A stretch of DNA of 64,000 bases from Bacteroidales bacterium. Lineage in GTDB: Bacteria > Bacteroidota > Bacteroidia > Bacteroidales > WCHB1-69. Below are positions 17,527 through 27,080 of this stretch, one piece after another. The stretch's first letter is position 1; every line of letters starts with the position of its first letter. Below the pieces are notes generated by a model. That model was not told the origin of the DNA. It was given only the letters and a program-made list of their open reading frames with translations, and ran no database searches. Where the stretch lies: NCBI GenBank assembly GCA_017549765.1, contig JAFYNM010000029.1, forward strand, positions 93,720-157,719. Reading direction: 5' to 3'. The translations under genes and the position numbers were made by a program.

Positions 17527-18662
17527 TATTTGAATCTTTGATGATGTAAATGTGCACTGAGATAATATATCGGATTTAATATAGCGAAGATCAAGTCGTA
17601 AAAGAGTAGGGCAGGGATGGTCTGTTTCTCGTTGAGACGCTTGGCGGCGAAACCGAATACCAGATAGAGACTGATGATGCGGAGCAGGGCGATGCCGAGC
17701 ACTATGGAGAGCATGACGATGTTGGAGAGCGTCGCCAGGATTGCAAAGACCAAAGACACGTAGAAGGCTATGTTCAAGAAACTGTAGAAGTTGAGTAAGA
17801 ACTTGTTTTTAAATGTGTTATACTTCCTCGTATAATACAGACCCTCTTTGTGATGCACCCAATAGTTGTAATATGCGGGGCGTTGCAGAACGGTGAAGGA
17901 GTCGGGGTCATAAACAACAGCCGTATTCTTGCGGTTGGCAGCCTTGCTGATGAAGATATCCTCATCACCATAGACGAGATGGTTGTGGGAGGCGAATCCT
18001 CGTTGTTTATAGAAAAGGGTCTTGGTAAAACCGATATTTTGATGGTTGCCACGATAGGTGCTGTGGGCAAGAGCTAGAGAGAAGTACTGCAGGGCATTCA
18101 AAAGGTTGTCGAAATGCAACATTCTGTTGAATGGGTTGTTGCGCTTCTGATAGGTGCTGTAGCCCAAGACAATCTGGCGGGTGTCGGAGAACTGCCCGGC
18201 CATCTGTTCCAGCCAATGCATGGACGAAGGGGCACACTCGGCATCGGTGAAGATCATATTTTCGTATTTTGCACAACGGATGCCGATAGACATGGCATAT
18301 TTGTTGCCACGAATGCTGGTGACAGCAGAGTCCAGATTGACGATATGGATGTTGTCATATTGCTGCTGATACTCCAGAAGCAACAGCCTAGTGTCATCTT
18401 TGGAGTTGTCGTTCACGACCACCAGCTCAAAGTTGGGGTAGTGCTGGTTGAGCAGACGGGGGAGGGTTTTCAGCAAGACAGCGGCAGCATCCTTCACCAC
18501 CATGATGACGGATACGGGCGGAGCATTTTCGCTGATGTCGGGGGCTGCCGGACATTTCCGGAAGGAGAAACGAGCGTACAGGACGTAGTAATACAATAAC
18601 TCTAAGAAAGTTATGGCAGCGAATAAAACAAAAATCACGAGCGAGATAGTCGCGTCGAACAT
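17526..18662 (-). CDS. Membrane-bound family-2 glycosyltransferase
   Basis: 378 aa. An N-terminal TM span is followed by the GT2 core VSVIMVVKDAAAVLLKTL...ELVVVNDNSKDDT ... TDAEC. The C-terminal part has multiple TM spans. Confidence 0.8.
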   Translation of the reverse strand: MFDATISLVIFVLFAAITFLELLYYYVLYARFSFRKCPAAPDISENAPPVSVIMVVKDAAAVLLKTLPRLLNQHYPNFELVVVNDNSKDDTRLLLLEYQQQYDNIHIVNLDSAVTSIRGNKYAMSIGIRCAKYENMIFTDAECAPSSMHWLEQMAGQFSDTRQIVLGYSTYQKRNNPFNRMLHFDNLLNALQYFSLALAHSTYRGNHQNIGFTKTLFYKQRGFASHNHLVYGDEDIFISKAANRKNTAVVYDPDSFTVLQRPAYYNYWVHHKEGLYYTRKYNTFKNKFLLNFYSFLNIAFYVSLVFAILATLSNIVMLSIVLGIALLRIISLYLVFGFAAKRLNEKQTIPALLFYDLIFAILNPIYYLSAHLHHQRFK

Positions 18663-18691
18663 AGGTTTGGTTTGGTTAAGGTTTCAGTTTG

Positions 18692-18699
18692 CAAAAATA
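18692..18699 (-). promoter_or_regulatory. -7 box TATTTTTG for the GT2-sigma unit
   Basis: Exact consensus match, 29 nt upstream of ATG 18662. Confidence 0.5.
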
Positions 18700-18723
18700 T
18701 TTTTTTTGAATCGTAATTTGTAG

Positions 18724-18731
18724 TATTTTTG
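18724..18731 (+). promoter_or_regulatory. -7 box TATTTTTG for tgt
   Basis: Exact consensus match, 18 nt upstream of ATG 18750. Confidence 0.5.
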
Positions 18732-18749
18732 CCGCAATTTACTAACAAA

Positions 18750-19883
18750 ATGAAGTTTATAATTAATCGGAAAGACGAGAAAAGCCACGCACGGGCGGGT
18801 GTTATCACAACGGCACATGGTGAGATAGAAACTCCCATCTTTATGCCTGTGGGTACCTTGGGGGCGGTTAAAGCGCTGCATATCAAAAATTTATACGAAG
18901 ATGTCAAAGCCCAGATTATCTTGGGAAATACCTATCATCTCTATTTGAGACCGGGCACGGATGTGCTGAAAGCAGTCGGCGGACTCCATAAATTCAATGG
19001 GTGGAACCGACCGATTTTGACGGACAGCGGCGGATTTCAGGTGTTCTCTTTGAGCCATCGCCGGAAAATCAATCCCGAAGAGGGGGTCTGGTTCCTGTCC
19101 CATATCGACGGGTCCAAACATCTCTTCAGTCCGGAAAATGTGATGGACACAGAACGTGCCATCGGCGCCGACATCATCATGGCTTTCGACGAGTGCATAC
19201 CGTATCCTTGTGATTATCAATATGCTAAGAAATCCATGGAGACGACATTCGCCTGGCTGAAGCGCTGCGTGAAGCGGCTGGAAGAGACGGAGCCGCTCTA
19301 CGGGTATGAGCAGACGCTTTTTCCTATTGTGCAAGGCGGTGTGTATCATGATCTTAGAATTAAGTCAGCCGAATATTGCGACTCGGTGAACCCAGACGGC
19401 ATAGCCATCGGTGGGGTAGCGGTAGGGGAGCCCGTGGAGCAGATGTATGAGATCGCAGACCTCTGCTGCAGAGCCCTTCCAGAGGATAAACCTCGCTATT
19501 TGATGGGGGTTGGCACACCCGCCAATATCATTGAGAATATCGCGCTGGGCGTGGATATGTTCGACTGTGTGATGCCCACGCGCAACGGCCGCAACGGGAT
19601 GATCTTCACCTGGGACGGAATCCTCAATATGCGCAACGAAAAATGGAAATACGATTTCACGCCGATAGACGCCAACAGCGATCTTTTTGCTGACCAGCAA
19701 TACACACGCGCATATCTGCGTCATCTGTATGTGGCTGACGAAATGCTTGGTCCGATGATTGGCAGCATTCACAATTTGCATTTCTATTTGGATCTCGTTC
19801 AGACTGCGCGTAAGAAAATTCTCGAGGGAACGTTCGCATCCTGGAAAAATGAGATTCTCCCGAAGATATCACAACGATTGTAA
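18750..19883 (+). CDS. tgt: Queuine tRNA-ribosyltransferase
   Basis: The track ORF starts at TTG 18729; the ATG at 18750 gives MKFIINRKDEKSHARAGVITTAHGEIETPIFMPVGT. The TDSGGFQVFSL motif is present. Confidence 0.95.
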   Translation: MKFIINRKDEKSHARAGVITTAHGEIETPIFMPVGTLGAVKALHIKNLYEDVKAQIILGNTYHLYLRPGTDVLKAVGGLHKFNGWNRPILTDSGGFQVFSLSHRRKINPEEGVWFLSHIDGSKHLFSPENVMDTERAIGADIIMAFDECIPYPCDYQYAKKSMETTFAWLKRCVKRLEETEPLYGYEQTLFPIVQGGVYHDLRIKSAEYCDSVNPDGIAIGGVAVGEPVEQMYEIADLCCRALPEDKPRYLMGVGTPANIIENIALGVDMFDCVMPTRNGRNGMIFTWDGILNMRNEKWKYDFTPIDANSDLFADQQYTRAYLRHLYVADEMLGPMIGSIHNLHFYLDLVQTARKKILEGTFASWKNEILPKISQRL

Positions 19884-19996
19884 TCCTTTAAGTTTGTCGC
19901 ACAAATATCTGAATATCATTAAAATATCCAATTCTCGCGGTGATATCGGTTTGTCCGATAATTTATATTATGTTAAATAGAAAAATCAGGGCAATG

Positions 19997-20028
19997 AAAA
20001 AGGCAGACGGATCGCGTCTGCCCTTTTT
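19997..20028. terminator. Bidirectional rho-independent terminator between convergent tgt and the GT2 gene
   Basis: Stem ggcagacg (20002-20009) pairs with cgtctgcc (20015-20022). It is flanked by A5 upstream and T5 downstream. Confidence 0.8.
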
Positions 20029-20049
20029 GTATAAAAAAGACATAAAGGA

Positions 20050-20799
20050 TTAGACATTGTAGTTGTGTTCAACACGTTCCCATTTGCGGAACCAGCTGCG
20101 AAAACGCAAACCAATGACACCGAAGATGGCTTCTTTGAAAATGCCAGAACTCATCTTGGAGATGCCGGCTTCACGATCTTTGAAAATGATGGGAACTTCC
20201 ACGATTTTGTATTTGAGCTTATACATGTTGAATTTCATCTCAATCTGGAATCCGTAGCCGATATGTTTGATCTTGTCGAAATCCACACATCTCAAGGCGG
20301 ATGCTCTGTAGCACTTGAATCCTGCTGTAGTGTCCATGATGGGCATTCCGAGCATAACTCGCACGTACATAGAGCCATAATACGACATGAGCAGTCGTCC
20401 CATGGGCCAGTTCAGCACGTTGACGCCTTTACAATAGCGGGATCCGATGGCCAAATCTGCGTTTTCGTTCACACAGGCATCGTAAAGTCGCTGTAAATCA
20501 GCGGGATCGTGACTGAAATCGGCATCCATTTCGAAGATGAAGTCGTAGTTGCGGGCCAATCCCCACTTAAAACCATGAATATAGGCGGTGCCCAACCCCA
20601 GTTTGCCGGTACGCTGTTCCAGAAACAGTCTGTCTGGAAACTCTTGCATGAGCGTCTTGACAATATCGGCGGTACCATCGGGTGAATTGTCGTCGATAAT
20701 CAGAATATGGACATCAATTTCCTTGTAGATGGCACGGATAATGTTCTCAATATTCTCTTTTTCCTTGTAAGTCGGGATGATGACTAGTCTTTTATCCAT
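20050..20799 (-). CDS. Polyprenol/dolichol-phosphate mannosyltransferase-like GT2
   Basis: The track ORF is N-terminally extended into the neighbouring gene. ATG 20799 gives MDKRLVIIPTYKEKENIENIIRAI...ILIIDDNSPDGT...EMDADFSHDP, which is typical of Dpm1/Ppm1-type enzymes. Confidence 0.85.
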   Translation of the reverse strand: MDKRLVIIPTYKEKENIENIIRAIYKEIDVHILIIDDNSPDGTADIVKTLMQEFPDRLFLEQRTGKLGLGTAYIHGFKWGLARNYDFIFEMDADFSHDPADLQRLYDACVNENADLAIGSRYCKGVNVLNWPMGRLLMSYYGSMYVRVMLGMPIMDTTAGFKCYRASALRCVDFDKIKHIGYGFQIEMKFNMYKLKYKIVEVPIIFKDREAGISKMSSGIFKEAIFGVIGLRFRSWFRKWERVEHNYNV

Positions 20800-20810
20800 A
20801 GTGTTTCGTG

Positions 20811-21830
20811 TTATTTTGTCAATATAATATATACAGGCAGGTGGTCGCTGTAGCCTCCTTGGTAGATGCCCCCGGCAAACATACGCCACGGATAGTTGGT
20901 GTAAGATCCTGATTTGGTGAGCATATAGTCTTTTCTGAAGATATGGGCCATGTAGAATTTATAGCCGCTGGTGGCATTGACTAGACCTTCGGAGACGATG
21001 ATGTTGTCGAGCAGTTCCCAGGAGTCGCGATAAGCGTAGGACCCTACCCCATTGCGGTACATTTGCCACATTGGGTTGTATAAGTCTTTTTCAATCAGAT
21101 TTTTAGGATTTGTCCTGGTCTGCAGTCCCTCCATCATACTTTTGGCATTGGGGTTGTCGTTCATGTCGCCCATGATGATGACTTTAGCATGTGGCGAGGC
21201 AGTCATGATGGAGTCTGCAATATGGCGTGCCAAACGACCAGCGCCCAGTCGGTACGGCAGGGATTTCTTCTCTCCTCCTATCTTGGACGGCCAGTGGTTG
21301 ACAATCAGATGCAGGGTATCCACACTATCGAGAATGCCGGTCATCAGCCATTGGTCACGCGTGATGAAGTCGGGATTCTCCGGGAAAGTCAGCGGATAGG
21401 CCTTGGTGGAAAGCACTCGGAAACGACTCGGATCGTAGATGAAGGAGACGTCCACACCTCGCAAATCGGGAGATTCGTGGTGACATACAGCCAATTTGTA
21501 CGGGGCAAGGCGTTCCGTGGCGATCAGGTCACGCAAGACAGCCTCGTTCTCCACTTCGGAGACACCTAAAACGGCCAGTCCACCAGGAAGCTTGCACATA
21601 TCGTAGATCACCTGGGAGAGTTTGTCCAATTTGTTAAAATAACGCTCTGAATTCCATCGGTAATCCCCATCCGGCAGAAACTGTTCGTCGTTCTTGTTGG
21701 GATCATTGATGGTATCAAACAGATTTTCAACATTATAGAATCCAATATTGACTCTGTTTTGAATGCTTTGGGCTATCAAGGAACCCCAGGAGATAAGCGT
21801 CAGAAGTATGAAAAAAACGGTTCGTTTCAT
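20811..21830 (-). CDS. Secreted endonuclease/exonuclease/phosphatase (EEP) family protein
   Basis: ATG 21830 lies 19 nt after a -7 box and gives signal peptide MKRTVFFILLTLISWGSLIAQ. The C-terminal SDHLPVY is the typical EEP catalytic end motif. Confidence 0.75.
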   Translation of the reverse strand: MKRTVFFILLTLISWGSLIAQSIQNRVNIGFYNVENLFDTINDPNKNDEQFLPDGDYRWNSERYFNKLDKLSQVIYDMCKLPGGLAVLGVSEVENEAVLRDLIATERLAPYKLAVCHHESPDLRGVDVSFIYDPSRFRVLSTKAYPLTFPENPDFITRDQWLMTGILDSVDTLHLIVNHWPSKIGGEKKSLPYRLGAGRLARHIADSIMTASPHAKVIIMGDMNDNPNAKSMMEGLQTRTNPKNLIEKDLYNPMWQMYRNGVGSYAYRDSWELLDNIIVSEGLVNATSGYKFYMAHIFRKDYMLTKSGSYTNYPWRMFAGGIYQGGYSDHLPVYIILTK

Positions 21831-21849
21831 TTTTCTAAAAATTGAATTG

Positions 21850-21857
21850 CAAAAATA
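21850..21857 (-). promoter_or_regulatory. -7 box TATTTTTG for the EEP gene
   Basis: Exact consensus match, 19 nt upstream of ATG 21830. Confidence 0.5.
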
Positions 21858-21858
21858 G

Positions 21859-21898
21859 AAAAAAAAAGACATCTGTTCATATAAAAATGTCTTTTTTT
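21859..21898 (-). terminator. Rho-independent terminator after recF
   Basis: Stem aaagacat (21865-21872) pairs with atgtcttt (21887-21894), with a 14-nt loop. On the minus strand it is followed by T9. Confidence 0.6.
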
Positions 21899-21930
21899 CA
21901 GTTCAGCTCCCCTACCCTTTTCATAGGTGT

Positions 21931-23022
21931 TCAGGAGCGTTTTATCTCTATGATTTGATGGGCGATATGATGTTCATCCAGGATCTGGTGGACTCTGCTC
22001 TCATCGGTGTCGGAGATGAATACTTGTCCGAAGTGATCGTTGCCCACCATGTTGAGCAGTTCTGCGATGCGTATCCTGTCCAGTTTGTCGAAGATGTCAT
22101 CCAGCAGCAGGATCGGTTTGATCTTTTTCTTCTCAAAGCAATAGTCGAACTGAGCCAGTCGCAGAGCCAGCGAGAAAGACTTCTGCTGTCCTTGCGAACC
22201 GAAACGTCGGACAGGTTGGTCGTTGATGAGAAACAGAAAGTCATCCTTATGAATTCCGAAGTTGGAGAAGCCCGTTTTGGTGTCCAGCGAGAGATTCTGC
22301 TGGATGCCAGTGGCAAAAGAACAATCGAGCAGTCCTGACTGATATACGATCTCGACCTTTTCAGCGTCTTTGGTAAGTTGGGAATAGTGCTGTTGGAAGA
22401 TGGGCTGTATCTGGGTGATGAAGTCCTTGCGGCGGTCGAAGATGGCGTGGCCTAACGGGATCATCTGTTCATCCAGGATCCGGAGCAGGTCGTCTTCAAA
22501 ATGGCGGTCTTCGAGCATCTGTTTCAGCAGCGCATTGCGTTGCTGGAGCAGTTTTCGGTAAGAGATCAGCTGTTGCAGATACTCGGCGTCGAACTGGGAG
22601 ATGACGGCATCGAAGAATTTGCGGCGCACTTCACTGCCACCATGGATAATCTCGCTGTCGTACGGGGAGACCATCACCACGGGATATAGACCGATATGGG
22701 CACTGAGTCTTGGATACTCCTTTTTGTTGGCTCTCATGGACTTATGTCCATTTCGGTAGGTGCAGCTGATATGGGCGCTGTTATCGGTTTCCCGTTGGCA
22801 GAAGGTGCCGTGGATAGCAAAGAAATCGGTGTCGAAGCGTACCGAGAAGATGTCCTGGGCCGAGAAATAGCTTTTGCAGAAGGAGAGATAATAGATAGCA
22901 TCGAGGAGATTGGTCTTCCCGCTGCCGTTCTTGCCGACAATGGCATTCACGTTCTCGTTGAAGGAAAACTCAGCCTCCTCGTAGCTTTTGAAATTTGACA
23001 GTTGTATGTTTTTAAGATACAT
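21931..23022 (-). CDS. recF: DNA replication and repair protein RecF
   Basis: 363 aa. N-terminus MYLKNIQLSNFKSY. Walker A GKNGSGKTNLLDAIYYL. SMC-like signature GSQGQQKS. Walker B LLLDDIFDKLD. Confidence 0.93.
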   Translation of the reverse strand: MYLKNIQLSNFKSYEEAEFSFNENVNAIVGKNGSGKTNLLDAIYYLSFCKSYFSAQDIFSVRFDTDFFAIHGTFCQRETDNSAHISCTYRNGHKSMRANKKEYPRLSAHIGLYPVVMVSPYDSEIIHGGSEVRRKFFDAVISQFDAEYLQQLISYRKLLQQRNALLKQMLEDRHFEDDLLRILDEQMIPLGHAIFDRRKDFITQIQPIFQQHYSQLTKDAEKVEIVYQSGLLDCSFATGIQQNLSLDTKTGFSNFGIHKDDFLFLINDQPVRRFGSQGQQKSFSLALRLAQFDYCFEKKKIKPILLLDDIFDKLDRIRIAELLNMVGNDHFGQVFISDTDESRVHQILDEHHIAHQIIEIKRS

Positions 23023-23036
23023 CTATTGTCTGTATG

Positions 23037-24689
23037 TTATTGTAATCCAAGAAGATTCAAGCCTTGGTTGAAGCGTATGTCTCTGGGGATGCCCGCCTTG
23101 TTGATGCGGTCGAGATCCTTTTGGAGGTTGGAACCGACGGTTCCGTGTTTCTTGCTGAACTGTTGGGCAAACTCAAAATCGCCTTCTGCCTGAGTCTTCA
23201 GGATAAGGGCGATCCAGCTGTCGATAGCTTCACGGGCTTTGTCGTAATCGATATGATAGGTGCCGTTGCCCGTGCGCTTGAAGGCGCCATTCTCTTCAAA
23301 GTAGTTGTAACACATCATATTGGCGATACCGTGTGCTTCTTTTGCGCCGAAACGGACGGAACGAAGCAATCCCACGATATAGGTGGTGATGGCATCTTCA
23401 ATGGAGATGTTGGTAATCTCCCCCTTCTCAATAAGATTGCAAACAAGGTAGAGTCCGATGATGTCAGCCTTGGCCTCTTCCCAGCTGGAGTTCTCGGTCT
23501 TCATGGCCTCGTCCACGGAGCCTTTGTCGTTGATGGTCTGCTTGACACCCAAGCCATGGCCCACCTCATGGAAAGTTACATTCCAGAAGAACGCGTCGAA
23601 GGTGATATGGTTTTGCTCTGACGGTTCGATGACGATTTCGCCGATGGGCTTCATGATCTTGTCGAACTTGGCCTGCATGGCATTGCGCAATTGGAAGCGG
23701 CGGGAGCCTTTCTCCTCCTGGATCCTGTCGTCGTTGGGCAGGTTGATGGCGATGGTCTTGCCTCCCGCGTTGCAGTCGCCACCGTAGAAAATGACGTCAT
23801 ACACATTCATGTCCGAAGAGGTGCCCGGCACATAGTTTTTCTTGTGTTGCGGCTCACAAGGCAGCTCTTTCTGCAGCTGTGGCAGCATCTTGACAAATTT
23901 GGCGAGCTTGGCACTCTCCTCCTCATCCTTCACCAACACAAAAGCCTCGTAAGAGGTCTTGACACTGTTCAGCTCGTCGTCATAGTTCTCGATAGGTCCG
24001 AAAACGAAGTCCAACTTGGTATTTTTCATATCCATCCAGGCGAGGTCGGATTTATAGTAATCGTCCGTCTGCAACGCTTTCTTGCGCAGGGTGAGATACT
24101 TCTTCATGGATGGGTTGTCGGCGATGGCAATGGCCTTGTCGAGCAGTTCACATACCTTGTCAATCTTCTCCTTGTACATCTCATGATACCAGAGGGTCTT
24201 TAGGGAGTTGTCCTCATTACGCACCAGCACGGTGTAGTGGGAGCTCTTGTTCTCGTCCTCGTAAGCGTCGAACTCCTCCTTGGTCAGGTCATGCGGGTAA
24301 TAGTTGGCAGTGATGGGCTTTTCGCCGTAGCCGGAGATGAAGGGTTTGTTGCCGCGCAGACGGTCCCACGCACCATAGTTGATCATGGCATAGTCTTTGA
24401 CCCACGGGTCGCTGATGGTGTCCAGGATGGACTTGTCGCCGAAGGTCTGCTCCCAAAAGAGATCATCCATAATCTGGCCGATTTCGAAAAAGATGGGGAG
24501 CAGCTGTTTGTCATTCTCGCTCAGCTTGGAGATGTCGGTGGTGAGGTCGAAGTAGGCATACTCCTCCACTTTTTGCTGCATCTCGCTGATGGTTTCGCCC
24601 GTAACCGGGTCCGTTTTCTTCTTGCTACATTGCGTGGACATCAGCAGGATGCCGCCAAGCAGGATAACCATAGTGATAGATTTTTTCAT
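23037..24689 (-). CDS. M49-like (DPP III-related) zinc metallopeptidase lipoprotein
   Basis: The track ORF starts at TTG 24719; ATG 24689 gives MKKSITMVILLGGILLMSTQC. Zinc motifs are FHEVGHGLG (pentapeptide HExxH variant) and EEAKADIIG (the second M49 motif, EExxAD). Confidence 0.65.
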   Translation of the reverse strand: MKKSITMVILLGGILLMSTQCSKKKTDPVTGETISEMQQKVEEYAYFDLTTDISKLSENDKQLLPIFFEIGQIMDDLFWEQTFGDKSILDTISDPWVKDYAMINYGAWDRLRGNKPFISGYGEKPITANYYPHDLTKEEFDAYEDENKSSHYTVLVRNEDNSLKTLWYHEMYKEKIDKVCELLDKAIAIADNPSMKKYLTLRKKALQTDDYYKSDLAWMDMKNTKLDFVFGPIENYDDELNSVKTSYEAFVLVKDEEESAKLAKFVKMLPQLQKELPCEPQHKKNYVPGTSSDMNVYDVIFYGGDCNAGGKTIAINLPNDDRIQEEKGSRRFQLRNAMQAKFDKIMKPIGEIVIEPSEQNHITFDAFFWNVTFHEVGHGLGVKQTINDKGSVDEAMKTENSSWEEAKADIIGLYLVCNLIEKGEITNISIEDAITTYIVGLLRSVRFGAKEAHGIANMMCYNYFEENGAFKRTGNGTYHIDYDKAREAIDSWIALILKTQAEGDFEFAQQFSKKHGTVGSNLQKDLDRINKAGIPRDIRFNQGLNLLGLQ

Positions 24690-24810
24690 AAGGACTGTAT
24701 TTTGATGAATAATAAACAAAGAAAGAACCCTCTACAGGATGCTTTTCATTCGCCATCACATAGAGGGTGCAAATATAATTTTTTTATAAATGTCTGTTGG
24801 AAGAAAAATC

Positions 24811-26232
24811 TCAATCGAGGACGCAGCGGACCGAGAAGCCGCTTTTGCGATCAGAGACGATGTCAATGCCGGGAGCTGAATTGCCATTAAACACCTTTAC
24901 AGATTGGGCACTGGGGCCATTGGCTTGGCACCCCAAAGTGGTGCTCCATAACAATGCCTCACCTCCAGGGGCTATATATGACGCAGTGGTATAATAATTG
25001 TAAAGACCCGCCGGCAGTATCGAAAAACCAGTGGCGTCATTGGTGGAAGGATTGTTGCCTGGGGCGCAAGACCAACTTGCGAAATTCCAATAATTTGTGG
25101 AAGCCCATGCTTTGGCAGTATTGTAAGAGTTGTTGTTGCAGAAGTATTGGCTCTGGCTTCGCACATAGTTGTTCAGTTGTTGCCATTCCGCTATACTGGG
25201 CACATGCCAGCCCTCTGGACAAATACCTTGCACGCCCGAAGGATTGCTGTCGCTCCCGTTGGCGCCGTGCATCACGGCAGGCCAGTTGTAGAAATAGCCA
25301 AAGAGCGTCACATTGGCACTGTCATTGTTGGGATAATAACGGTAAGCGTCTGTATTGCTGCCGTCAACTCCCAAAGGGATCATCGTTCCATCAGTGTATC
25401 TGACAGAGCGGAGATTCTCTTTCGTCCAGCATTGGTTGCCGATCTGGACCGTGTTGTAAACATTGCCGTCGTAGTCATACACATACGGGAGTCGCGGACA
25501 AGGAAAGCCGTCATTAATCCCTTGCTGGAAAGCAAAATAAAGCTTGATAAACTCTGTGCCACTCTGTTCCTGCACCAGACTCAAAGATATCTCGTCAGAT
25601 CCGTTGATGGTGGCATAACCGATATATTCCATTTGGTCCCCTTGATGGAACGGTTGGTAGGAATTGCCTTTGGGCGACAAGCCGTCAAGATCTTCTTTGG
25701 AAGAGAGGCCATGGTATTTGATCCCATTCTTTCCCCCATTTCCCTGGTTTACAATCTTGACAGATGCAGATTTGCCGTTCTGCTTTGCTGTAAGAAAATA
25801 GATGCCTGCCGCAGCAAACGTCACGTCCAACTGGTGGGATCCGGGAAGGACGGATGTCATTCGAGAAGACTCTACGACACGCCCCGTTATATCCGTGATG
25901 TCAATCATCACATCGCCGGCTTCCTGCACAAGTAGGGTTGTCAGGGAGTTTCCTTGGCACGGGTTGGGGCTGCAAGACCAGTGGAGAGGCTCGGCAGCTT
26001 GCCAGGTTTCCACGCCATTAGGTCCGGGGGTGGCATGCAGTTGCAAGACGGTATCGGGCCAGTAGAGGGTCTCCTGCCAGCCTTGGGAGAGGTTCTTCAC
26101 CTGGATTTGTTCAAGACGCACATAGCGGTTGCTAGTATCCCGCCCCGAAAAATACAAATACACCGTCTGGGCGTAAAACACCGTAGCGGTCATAACTATC
26201 ACAAGGGAGAGTAAAAGCTTCTTCATCATCAA
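24811..26232 (-). CDS. Secreted FISUMP-domain protein (Fibrobacter succinogenes major paralogous domain) with an internal T9SS-CTD-like module
   Basis: 473 aa with signal peptide MMMKKLLLSLVIVMTATVFYAQ. The C-terminal ~225 aa carry the FISUMP signature: YDYDGNVYNTVQIGNQCWTKENL ... YFYNW ... GICPEGWHVPSIAEWQQL ... GFSILPAG ... SGFSVRCVLD. Residues ~83-161 resemble a Por secretion tail. Confidence 0.8.
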   Translation of the reverse strand: MMMKKLLLSLVIVMTATVFYAQTVYLYFSGRDTSNRYVRLEQIQVKNLSQGWQETLYWPDTVLQLHATPGPNGVETWQAAEPLHWSCSPNPCQGNSLTTLLVQEAGDVMIDITDITGRVVESSRMTSVLPGSHQLDVTFAAAGIYFLTAKQNGKSASVKIVNQGNGGKNGIKYHGLSSKEDLDGLSPKGNSYQPFHQGDQMEYIGYATINGSDEISLSLVQEQSGTEFIKLYFAFQQGINDGFPCPRLPYVYDYDGNVYNTVQIGNQCWTKENLRSVRYTDGTMIPLGVDGSNTDAYRYYPNNDSANVTLFGYFYNWPAVMHGANGSDSNPSGVQGICPEGWHVPSIAEWQQLNNYVRSQSQYFCNNNSYNTAKAWASTNYWNFASWSCAPGNNPSTNDATGFSILPAGLYNYYTTASYIAPGGEALLWSTTLGCQANGPSAQSVKVFNGNSAPGIDIVSDRKSGFSVRCVLD

Positions 26233-26369
26233 TGATTAAATCTGTTGTCAATAAAAAATGGTTCATATTTACATCCTATAAGACGAATGAACACCTATTT
26301 TTATTACACTTTGCCAACAAAAAAAATCATTTTTTCGGGGGGGGTAATATGTTGATTTTTAATGTTTTA

Positions 26370-27080
26370 TTATAAAAATTTCACCACGCTCTTCATGCTC
26401 TCCATCTCCTCCAGATTGATCTCGATATTCTCGGTGATGAAGTCGTTGAAGGGTTTCATGGCTTTGAAATAGTGGGCGATGATTTGGACGGTGTCGTCCC
26501 GCTCCAGCACATCCGAGGGCAGGTCGAAGGCGATGGTGTAGTCCTTGGGAAGCAGATACTCTGGATAGGGAAAGTCCTTGGGATAGCCGTTAGGAATCCG
26601 CTTGTAGAAGTCCAGGCCCAGAGAGGGGTTGAGCTTTTGTAGGTCTGGATTCTGATAGATCTGGTGGAAGAGCTTGGCCTGGTCCACGATGGCGTGGCGC
26701 AGAGCGTGCATCTCCTTGGACGGAAGCCACCAGACGCCGCCTCCTAAGAAGACCTTGTAAGGCTCGATCTGTACATAATATCCGCCATAGTAGGCCTTCT
26801 TGCCTCGCTCGTTGATGAAGGCGCCGAAATGGCCTTTGTAAGGCGTCTTGTCTTGCGAGAAACGGATGTCGCGGTAAATGCGATAGATGCAATCTTTGGG
26901 CATCAGATAGCTGACGCCGGGATCAAAGGCGGCGGTCTCCCCTATCAGTTTGGCCACCAACTCATGGAATTCCGACCATGCCTCGTCAAACCAGGCTTTG
27001 TTGGCCTTGAACCACTCGCGATTGTTGTGAGAGACCAATTCGCGGAGAAAAGACTGCATGTTGTTGTCGGGCTTTTTCAT
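26370..27080 (-). CDS. DUF2461 (TIGR02453) family protein
   Basis: The 339-aa track ORF is an artefactual extension across tlyA. ATG 27080 overlaps the tlyA stop as ATGA and gives MKKPDNNMQSFLRELVSHNNREWFKANKAWFDEAW..., which is typical of DUF2461. Confidence 0.75.
   Translation of the reverse strand: MKKPDNNMQSFLRELVSHNNREWFKANKAWFDEAWSEFHELVAKLIGETAAFDPGVSYLMPKDCIYRIYRDIRFSQDKTPYKGHFGAFINERGKKAYYGGYYVQIEPYKVFLGGGVWWLPSKEMHALRHAIVDQAKLFHQIYQNPDLQKLNPSLGLDFYKRIPNGYPKDFPYPEYLLPKDYTIAFDLPSDVLERDDTVQIIAHYFKAMKPFNDFITENIEINLEEMESMKSVVKFL

Noticed and set aside
26319-26344. Homopolymer cluster A8-tca-T5-c-G8 upstream of the FISUMP gene, considered as a phase-variation tract
   Set aside because: A rough calculation (base frequency about 0.26 to the eighth power over 64 kb, G or C) predicts a couple of 8-mers by chance. 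A G7 run also occurs inside a gene (7858-7864). I could not place the tract between recognisable promoter elements. It would be worth revisiting only if strain or read-level length variation is seen.
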